Virus record (IMG/VR): IMGVR_UViG_3300045988_154040
From: a virus
DNA: 64,000 bases
Direction: 5' to 3' (one strand)
Positions 42,149-49,887 of this stretch are shown piece by piece (the first letter of the stretch is position 1; the number at the start of each line of letters is the position of its first letter). Both the position numbers and the translations under genes were made by a program. The notes under the pieces were generated by a model. The model saw only the letters and a list, made by a program, of their open reading frames with translations. It made no database searches and was not told where the DNA came from.

Positions 42149-43063
42149 TTATTCCTCCAATTTTCCCATTAATTTTAAATTTTCTTTAATACGAAATGGA
42201 CATGAAAGATTAATTGTAGCGTCAATAATCTTTTTAAGTTCTGTTACTTGGGATAACATTTCACTTCGTAATAATTTAGATTGTATCCTATAGTTTAATT
42301 CTTTATATATATTTTCTTTATTGGTGGATAGCCCACTTTTATTTAAAGTTAGATGATAAACTTTATAATAACCTTCCCACCCAGGGAAATTTTCTCTTAA
42401 TTTTTGTGAAGCAATTTTTTTAAATAAATAAATACGATTTTCATTTCTGTAAATTTCACTCATTTTAGTGAATCCTAATTCTTTTAAAGTTTCTTCTTCA
42501 AGTCTAATAATTTTGGATTCTTCTAGTGATTCCATAGGAATTGTATAGGTATCTGTATAAGTATTATAGCTTTTATAAATTCTATACCCTTGACGGCATT
42601 TAATCAAAGATTTAGATTCTAAACTCTTTAGTATATCTTTTACAAGTCTGCTTAAAAGATTATAAGATTTAATCATATAGTCTTTTAATTCCATGGGGTC
42701 ACTATTCAAAATACTAGAAGAATCATCAATGTTATAACGACAATAGCCATAGTCACTATTTACAATTCCACATGACGTAAGAATTTCCATCATGGAAAGA
42801 CATTGATTATGTCCTTCTTGTTGAGATAATAGATTGCTTAATATGGCTTCTAGGAGTTTTTGATACATTCCTCTTAATTCTTTTTCGTTTTTTTCATCTT
42901 CTGTATATTGTTTTTTAAAATTATAGAATCCATTTTTGACAGTAAATTCATAATCTTTTTTTAATATATTTATTTGGCTTCGCTGTTTTGAACCACTACA
43001 AGGAACCCAATTAAAGATAGCACAAATATCACGATAACGATAATTTTTGCCATACTCAATCAT
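42149..43063 (-). CDS. hypothetical protein
   Basis: 304 aa. No family recognised. Confidence 0.45.
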   Translation of the reverse strand: MIEYGKNYRYRDICAIFNWVPCSGSKQRSQINILKKDYEFTVKNGFYNFKKQYTEDEKNEKELRGMYQKLLEAILSNLLSQQEGHNQCLSMMEILTSCGIVNSDYGYCRYNIDDSSSILNSDPMELKDYMIKSYNLLSRLVKDILKSLESKSLIKCRQGYRIYKSYNTYTDTYTIPMESLEESKIIRLEEETLKELGFTKMSEIYRNENRIYLFKKIASQKLRENFPGWEGYYKVYHLTLNKSGLSTNKENIYKELNYRIQSKLLRSEMLSQVTELKKIIDATINLSCPFRIKENLKLMGKLEE

Positions 43064-43652
43064 AAATATATTTACCTATCTGCTGTTCAAACAAATGATG
43101 ATAAAATAATTTTGCTTTATCCTCTAAAGATTCAAGGTCTTTGTTATTGTATACTACAAAATCATAGCGATAATTCTCTACGTCTTTATCGGCATGATTA
43201 GAGGTAACAGTGGGAACATTGGGATTTTTTACAAGTAAAGTATGACAAGTATTAGAACCAAAATAATTTACATATCTTTGAATTTCTTTTGGTTCGCGTG
43301 AATGAACAAAAATAAGTCCATCACCATTATTAAAATCATTAATATTTTTTATTGCCGTATTAATGTTTTTTATAGTTTCTTTGTAAGGTACATCATCCCA
43401 GCTAGAAAGTAAATCTTTTAAATCACTTAAAAATTTACGATTACTTTCAATTTTTGAACCATCCCATCCAGCTATAATAGCTAGACTTTTAACTAAATTA
43501 ACAGAATCAATATTACACATAATTCGTAGGGAAATAAGGGTATTTTCATCTATTGCTGAATTATTTGAATCATATGCTAATTTTAAACATAATTTAGCAA
43601 AAGTATCTTTACCTTTTCCTCCACTACCATTGATGATGATAACATGATACAT
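43056..43652 (-). CDS. P-loop kinase-like protein (phage dNMP-kinase-like)
   Basis: 198 aa. N-terminal P-loop IIINGSGGKGKDTFAK. Size and pattern resemble phage deoxynucleoside-monophosphate kinases. Confidence 0.4.
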   Translation of the reverse strand: MYHVIIINGSGGKGKDTFAKLCLKLAYDSNNSAIDENTLISLRIMCNIDSVNLVKSLAIIAGWDGSKIESNRKFLSDLKDLLSSWDDVPYKETIKNINTAIKNINDFNNGDGLIFVHSREPKEIQRYVNYFGSNTCHTLLVKNPNVPTVTSNHADKDVENYRYDFVVYNNKDLESLEDKAKLFYHHLFEQQIGKYIYD

Positions 43653-43683
43653 ATTTAACCTCCTTTTAGTCTATTTTATTTTA

Positions 43684-43712
43684 ATAATAACAGAATATAA
43701 TATAAATGTCAA
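43684..43712 (-). promoter_or_regulatory. sigmaA-type promoter (TTGACA-17-TATTAT), first promoter of the minus block
   Basis: Minus strand reads TTGACA (43712-43707), a 17-nt spacer, then TATTAT (43689-43684). Confidence 0.55.
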
Positions 43713-43926
43713 TATGTAATTTTTTATTATATATTTTATATTATATGTATATTAATTAAATATATGTATAATAATTATATAATATTATAAAATATATAAA
43801 TATAATATAATTAATAATAATTTATATTTAATTAATATTGTTATTACTAATTCCCCAAAATATTTGTATTGTTATTTTAGTTTTTTTGCAAGCAAAAAAA
43901 CCAAATAACGAAAACAAATATTTTTT

Positions 43927-44154
43927 CAATTGATATAATTAATATTTTTTATAAACATAAATTCACAAATTTCTTGGTTTTATATATAATAATAGTTATC
44001 TATAAACAATTACTAATATAAATTTATATAACTCTTTCCACTTCGTTACAAGAGTTATATAAATTTCTAAAGTAATTGTAATTATATCTAATTATTATTA
44101 TATATAAAACAGAAATTTATAAATTTATATAAAAAATATTAATTATATCAATTG
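43927..44154. repeat. ~230-bp AT-rich imperfect palindrome
   Basis: Outer arms are 27/27 bp perfect: CAATTGATATAATTAATATTTTTTATA (43927-43953) / TATAAAAAATATTAATTATATCAATTG (44128-44154). Inner arms are 17/17: AAATTTATATAACTCTT (44020-44036) / AAGAGTTATATAAATTT (44050-44066). Arms between them are largely complementary. The centre loop is 44037-44049. Confidence 0.85.
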
Positions 44155-44402
44155 GATAGGGGTATTTTTTATATAATAATTATATAATTAATAATATATA
44201 ATATATATTATTTATATTATTAAATATATTATATATTATTATATTTTATAATAATATTTATATATTATATTTTATATATAGTATATAGTATTACCTCCGA
44301 ATTTTTTCTTATACCGTTATTTTTTAAAAAATTTTTTATGTAATAAAAACAATTAATAAAATTAGTATAAAATGTCTTTATTTTTTAATATTAAAATATA
44401 TC

Positions 44403-44431
44403 TTGACAAAATTGTATATATAATATATAAT
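44403..44431 (+). promoter_or_regulatory. consensus sigmaA-type promoter (TTGACA-17-TATAAT) for the RNAP gene
   Basis: TTGACA at 44403-44408, a 17-nt spacer, TATAAT at 44426-44431, 36 nt upstream of the ATG at 44468. Confidence 0.65.
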
Positions 44432-44467
44432 ACAATCATCACAAAAAAATATTAAGAAAGGGACAAT

Positions 44468-45970
44468 ATGCAAAATAGTAGAAGAAAAATATTTAAGATT
44501 TCTACAGAGAGATTAGCTTCTAACAATTGGGATATTAAGTTAGACCAAAAATTAGCTGTAAGGTTAGATGAATTAGTAGATTTATTTGATAATCAGTCTT
44601 TTAGGTTGTTGGATATTATTTCCAAAGCTTACAAATCCAATCTTACAGATAAAGTGCTGGCAGTAGAAATATCTAAGAAAAAAGATTATGCCAGGGCTAC
44701 TTCTCCAAAAGGCATTTATGTAAATGGTTTTAATTTCCAATGGTTTGTAGGAACTACAGGAGGATTGAAAAATGAAACTATTTTATTTGTTCGTTCTGAC
44801 CTTTTAGAAGAATTAGATAAAAGATGTGAATGCGGCAGAAAAAAAGATTATAAACTGGTTCCTGCAAAGTACGAAGCTTATAAATCTCTTACTTGTTCTG
44901 CATCTTTAGAAATTGTGGAACCTAGAGATGTACTTGTGGTTTCTGATTGTTTTGTTGATTTTTATGACAATGTAATCAATATAGATGATACAAACAATGA
45001 CGAACCAGAAGTAACAATATTGGAAAATATTTTACTTGAAAACAATGGTAGTGATGGTTTAAATTTATGTACACCAGAATATATGCAGAGAGTAGCAGAA
45101 AAACTTAATTTAGATTATATTCCTGCTGGTGGCTGTTTAAGAAATGCTTGGCTTAAGGGAATGTTGTATGTGTTTGATATTCTTGATTTTGCCGAGAAAA
45201 TAGCTCAAACTTACGAAGTGAAAGATATTTGGGGACATATTCATGATATTCGCAATGTGGATATGATTATTACAGAATCCAGTTTAAAGATTTGGGATAA
45301 TTATGATAGTTGGGAAGATTATCATAGCAATTATATAAAAAATGGCTATCGTTTCGCCATGACTAAAGTTACACCTAAAGTTTTGGATGATGTAAGAGAA
45401 ATAAATTATCAGTACTTACAATCTTACGAATTGACAGATGAAGATATTAAAGAGTTGGCTAAACCTACTGTTGATTGGCTTAAGCAATCTTTGACTGGCG
45501 ATTATGAACAAACTTTAAAATTTCTGGGAATAAGTGAAAAAACAAAGAGTAATGATTATGCACAAGCATTATATCTTAATCCAGAAATGATGAAAGACCC
45601 TTATGTAATTGACAGAATTAATAAAATGATAAAGAAAAAAATCAATAATGCTAAGATTGGTAAATTATTGGTTAATGGAAATTATCAGCTTGTAAGTGGC
45701 GACCCTTATGCTTTAATGCAACATGTTTTTGGGTTAGAAGTTACAGGTCTTTTAGAAGCAAAAGAAGTTTATTCCAAATATTGGAATGATAAAGAAGATG
45801 CAGAAGAATTAGTATGTTTTCGTAGTCCTATGACAAGTCATAACAATATTCGTAAAATGAAAAGAATTAATAATGATACTGTGAATTATTGGTATCGTCA
45901 TATGGATACTATATTTATTATTAACAACAAAGATACGTTTTGTATGGCTATGAACGGATGCGATTTTGAT
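44468..45970 (+). CDS. single-subunit YonO-like (two-barrel) RNA polymerase, exon 1
   Basis: 501 aa ending ..FCMAMNGCDFD, followed by an in-frame TAG. Joining to exon 2 restores NGCDFDGD (compare the universal beta-prime NADFDGD motif). Confidence 0.7.
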
Positions 45971-46403
45971 TAGTAATATAGTCCTTTGTTTTTTAACAAA
46001 GCAAGTGGTGAACCATCAGAGTATGGGTGTATAGACTACTTTTTATTTATAAAAAAGGAATTGTAGGAAATGACAATTTGAGTCTGTGCTAACAGGGAAA
46101 GCCTAAACTTAATTGTAGATAAGCATGGTAATCCTGTGGGAAATAAAATAAAAATGTTTGCTTGTTGTAAAACAGAAAACAAACAAAAATATTTTTATTG
46201 GAAACCTTAAACGACTATCCCTTGGTCTGGTCGCAATATAAATACAGACAATAGGAGTAGGGCCATAGCGATATGGTGAGTGAAAACCTCTTAAATCGAA
46301 GTGCCACTGAACAAATATTGCAATTTAATATTTGTGAAAGATATAGTCTATTCCCTCCAAGCAATATTGGAGTTAAAGTACTGGGAAACCAGGGGTATTA
46401 AAG
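45971..46403 (+). mobile_element. group I intron 1 of the RNAP gene (no ORF)
   Basis: The 5' exon ends in T of GAT and the intron begins TAG. The intron ends ..GTATTAAAG with a terminal G at 46403. Contains GGTGAACC..GGGTGT (46007-46030), GCTAACAGGGAAAGCCTAAAC, TAAACGACTATCC (46208-46220) and AGATATAGTC (46339-46348). Confidence 0.8.
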
Positions 46404-46685
46404 GGAGATGCAATTTATTCTACAAATAATTCAGTATTGTTAAGAAAATATAAGGAACTATTGGCTATTCAGTGTGTACAAAGAAAAGCAGAAAAACAAA
46501 TTGTTACTAGGTCTATGATAAAAAAGAGCAATTACAAAGGATTGGGAAATGGGGTTGGTAAAATTACCAACGATGTATCCAGTATGATTGATATTCTCTT
46601 TGGGTTACAAAAGGGTACAATTGAGTACGAGACACTTTACAAACGTATTCTATGTGGTCAGCTATTTCAGCAAAATGAATTGGAT
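46404..46685 (+). CDS. YonO-like RNA polymerase, exon 2
   Basis: In-frame extension upstream of the tracked ORF gives GDAIYSTNNSVLLRKYKELLAIQ.. (94 codons). It ends ..QQNELD followed by TAA. Confidence 0.7.
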
Positions 46686-47165
46686 TAACCTAAAAAATTG
46701 AGTCCAATTAAAAATCGGTGAACCTAGAAATCTAGGGTGTTTATTCTACGTGCAGGAGCGGAATTGTAGTAAATGACAATTTGAGAATAAGCTAACAGGG
46801 AAAATCTTAATAATAAAAATATTAATATAAAATAATAAAAAAAGAGGTGAAAAATAAATGAAAAGAAAAGATTTAACAAATAATATTTATGGATGTTTAA
46901 AAGTATTATCTATAAATGAAGAAGAAACAAAACAGCAATTTAAAAAAATTATTATTAAGACAATCCTGTGCCAAGCTTAAAGAGAAATCTTTTTGAAGGT
47001 TAAACGACTAAGACATACGACCTAAGTTTTATAAAAAATATGGTTATGAAGTCTGTAGCTTTAAGGTGAAATTCCTTATTGCGAAGCGCCGATTGCCATT
47101 AGAATATTAATGGTAATGATATAGTCTATTCTCTATGGTGACATAGAGTAGTAAAGAAATTAAAG
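46686..47165 (+). mobile_element. group I intron 2 of the RNAP gene (with truncated ORF)
   Basis: Same family as intron 1. GGTGAACCTAGAAATCTAGGGTGT (46717-46740), TTAAACGACTAAG (47000-47012), GATATAGTC (47118-47126). Ends ..AATTAAAG with a terminal G at 47165. Confidence 0.8.
46858..46980 (+). pseudogene. 40-aa remnant of an intron-encoded homing endonuclease
   Basis: A strong SD (AAAGAGGTGAAAAATAA) precedes the ATG. MKRKDLTNNIYGCLKVLSINEEE.. resembles the N-termini of phage HNH/NUMOD endonucleases. The ORF then runs into the ribozyme core and stops. Confidence 0.4.
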
Positions 47166-47882
47166 GGTATTATTGCTAAAGATATGCCAAAGAATTGGTA
47201 TATGAGGAATCATTGTAAAACAGAAATTGATAAAAAAATAGTTGCTGATAAAAAACCATATTATTTCATGTATAATTATCCTACTATAAAAAAAGATTAT
47301 GATAATTATATTAAACATAGTAATAATAAATGTTTGATGTTATATGGATGTACCGTAGAAGAATTAGAAGCAAAATATTTGGAGAATCCAGAAATTTTTT
47401 CTGAGAACTGTAAAGAGTTTTTATATTGGTATCATGCACAAATGCCAGTTAATTGTTCTCCATCTACAATGAATCGTTTATGTTGGTATATTGAATCTGA
47501 GTTTAATGGATATGTCACTCAATTAAAGAATCAAAATTTTGACTATACTTTTTTAAAGAATAATAAAGTTGTTCGATATCCAAAAGCAAAAAAAGAAGAA
47601 ATTGAAAAATTAGAAAAAGAATATGTACGCAGAATTAAAAACTTTAAAATAATTGCCAAAGAAAATAATTTATCTGCTGAAGAAGCTAATAAAAAGACAG
47701 AAGCATTACAACAAGAATTTAGAGATGAAGCAATAAAAATTTGTTCTAATAAATGGCAATTGATGAATATAGTATTAGATTTATGCTATGGAAAGAATAA
47801 GAACAAATATTTTTGTTGGGCTGTTATTGGAGATTTAATAATTGAAAAATTAAAAGAAGATGGAGAGAAAGAAAATGAATAA
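47166..47882 (+). CDS. YonO-like RNA polymerase, exon 3
   Basis: In-frame GIIAKD precedes the tracked MPKNWY... 238 codons. The spliced product totals 833 aa. Confidence 0.65.
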   Translation, partial: GIIAKDMPKNWYMRNHCKTEIDKKIVADKKPYYFMYNYPTIKKDYDNYIKHSNNKCLMLYGCTVEELEAKYLENPEIFSENCKEFLYWYHAQMPVNCSPSTMNRLCWYIESEFNGYVTQLKNQNFDYTFLKNNKVVRYPKAKKEEIEKLEKEYVRRIKNFKIIAKENNLSAEEANKKTEALQQEFRDEAIKICSNKWQLMNIVLDLCYGKNKNKYFCWAVIGDLIIEKLKEDGEKENE

Positions 47883-48612
47883 AATAGTAGTAAATGAAAA
47901 AAAATATGTATTAGATGCTTTGAATGGCACTGAAAAACCTGATATTGGGTTTTATTCTTTTCTTAATTTGATATCTAAATATTATGCGGCTCAATGTGAT
48001 ACAGCAGAAGAAACAATTTACAATGTAGACGAACAGATGAAGAAACTTTATAAAGAAGAATATTTAAAAGAAAAATGGTATGTGTATATTTCTGGAATAT
48101 TCAAAAAGGTAAAAGAAGGAATTACCGGAATTAATGATAGAGAAGATGTAGTGGTTTACACATGGGATATGTGTCAAGTGTTTAAAGGAGAAACCGACCA
48201 GGAGCGTAAGCTATTGTTTTCAGCCTATGTTATAGCGCATTACATGGGGTGTAACGGCTGGTTAAATACTAAGACTAGTAAAAGTATCGCTAACTGGTTT
48301 GAAATAGCTAATGTGGCTTGTACTGGTTCAGATAGATTTCTTCTTTTAGGAGAAATGAAAAAGAAAGGATTAATAGAAACTACAAAAAAGTGTGATAACT
48401 TAAATATAAGAGTAAATATGCTTTCTGAGTATTTTGGAGAAACCCCGGTATTTAGAATTACTGAGTTAGAAAATCTAGGTAACTTATTAATAGCCACATA
48501 TAAGGATGGATATAAGCAGTGTAAGTGTGGCAGATTAATAAAAATTAATTCAAATAGACAGACGATGTGTAGATTTTGTGCTTCAAAAATTGACCAAAAA
48601 AGAGAGGGGTAG
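47875..48612 (+). CDS. hypothetical protein with C-terminal zinc ribbon
   Basis: Start set to the ATG at 47875 (GGAGAG upstream; overlaps the RNAP stop). C-terminal CKCGR...CRFC. Confidence 0.45.
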   Translation: MNKIVVNEKKYVLDALNGTEKPDIGFYSFLNLISKYYAAQCDTAEETIYNVDEQMKKLYKEEYLKEKWYVYISGIFKKVKEGITGINDREDVVVYTWDMCQVFKGETDQERKLLFSAYVIAHYMGCNGWLNTKTSKSIANWFEIANVACTGSDRFLLLGEMKKKGLIETTKKCDNLNIRVNMLSEYFGETPVFRITELENLGNLLIATYKDGYKQCKCGRLIKINSNRQTMCRFCASKIDQKREG

Positions 48613-48815
48613 AAGAAATAAGTACGAAAAAATAGGAATTAGAGGGTGTTAAAAAAGATAATAAAAACTATTGAAAAAATAGTCATAAAAATTCAAATGA
48701 CTTTGATTTGTTATAAGGGAGTAACAAAGAAACCAAAAGTAAATTGAGGATGTAAACTCGATAAAGAGTTGCAATCCTTAACAGAATAAAAAGAATTTAA
48801 AGGAGAATTAAAATT

Positions 48816-49169
48816 ATGGCAAAGAAAGTAATCAAGGTAACTGACATGACTTCCGCAGAACTGGTAAAGGCTATTGCGGCAAAATCTGGTGCATCTCAGG
48901 TGCAGACAAAGGCGGTTCTGAGCGCTATGGGCGAAGTTTGTAGAGAGTGTGCCGCCGCAGGTAAGAAGTTCAATCTGTTTGGCCTGGGAAAGATGGGATT
49001 TGCTCAGATTAATGGTAAGCCAGAGAGAAATGGTGTTATCAATCCTAGAACCGGAGAGAAGGGCCTGCTTCCTGAAACTCCTTCTTATACCAAGCCTGTA
49101 TTTAAGGTTTCTAAGAGTTTAGTGGATGAAATTAAGGAATCTACCAAGGGCCGCCCATTTGTAAAGTAA
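48816..49169 (+). CDS. HU/IHF-family DNA-binding protein
   Basis: 117 aa. KFNLFGLGKMGFAQINGKPERNGVINPRTGEKGLLPETPSYTKPVFKVSKSL matches the HU beta-arm pattern (GFG.F.v..r.ar.GrNP.TGe.i.i.....p.Fk). Confidence 0.75.
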   Translation: MAKKVIKVTDMTSAELVKAIAAKSGASQVQTKAVLSAMGEVCRECAAAGKKFNLFGLGKMGFAQINGKPERNGVINPRTGEKGLLPETPSYTKPVFKVSKSLVDEIKESTKGRPFVK

Positions 49170-49228
49170 GTTTCAACATTTTTTTAAAAATAAATTTTAA
49201 TTAATGTTGTGAGATTGGAGATTACCTT

Positions 49229-49729
49229 ATGGCAAGGACAGGAGCATCCAAAGCGAATGCGTTGACTTTGAGAGAAATCTCTGACCTTATAGCCGTTTCA
49301 GTAAAAAAACAGGGAAAAACTGTTACTGCTGAAACGGCTAAACTTTGCTATTTGGCTTTAATTGAAATTATAGCTGACGAACTTAAACGTAATGGAAAGT
49401 TCGTTATCACTAACATAGGTAGTTTGGAAACATATATGTTTGGTGGATTTATGCGAAACAGTTATAATGTTCAGACTAAAGAACATAAATTAGAAAAAGT
49501 GCCAGAAACAGTTGTAGTAAAGTTTAATCCGTCTGATTATATAAAGGCATATCTCAATAATAGAGAAATACCTTTAGGAATGAGGCGGAGAAGCAAAGAA
49601 GTTGAAAAAAAGGCCAGAGTAAGCAAAACAAAAAAAGAATTACTTAAAAAAGAAATGGCTGTAAAAAAGAAGAAAAAATACGAAAAAATTGTTCAACCTA
49701 TAGAAATTGATGTGGAAGAGGAAGATTAA
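49229..49729 (+). CDS. second HU-like protein with Lys-rich C-terminal extension
   Basis: 166 aa. The N-terminal two-thirds are HU-like (LIEIIADELKRNGKFVITNIGSLE..VVVKFNPS). The C-terminal tail reads KKARVSKTKKELLKKEMAVKKKKKYEK. Confidence 0.5.
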   Translation: MARTGASKANALTLREISDLIAVSVKKQGKTVTAETAKLCYLALIEIIADELKRNGKFVITNIGSLETYMFGGFMRNSYNVQTKEHKLEKVPETVVVKFNPSDYIKAYLNNREIPLGMRRRSKEVEKKARVSKTKKELLKKEMAVKKKKKYEKIVQPIEIDVEEED

Positions 49730-49751
49730 TTTAGTAGTATAAACATAAAAG

Positions 49752-49854
49752 TGAAGGTAAAATTAAGTTTGATAATCGAGTGTGGGTATAATGAAGATTC
49801 CGTTAGGAAAAGAGCCACTTTAAGATTACAAACTTAATTTTACCTTCATTTTTT
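49752..49854 (+). terminator. 20-bp perfect stem with 57-nt loop and T-run
   Basis: TGAAGGTAAAATTAAGTTTG (49752-49771) / CAAACTTAATTTTACCTTCA (49829-49848) followed by TTTTTT. Confidence 0.55.
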
Positions 49855-49887
49855 GACATTTTAATTTTAATACATAAATAAAAAAGA

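Noticed and set aside
43720-44290. Possible CRISPR array or tandem repeat in the TA-only stretches.
   Set aside because: There is no regular repeat-spacer periodicity. The sequence is low-complexity (TA)n-like, plus one large palindrome.
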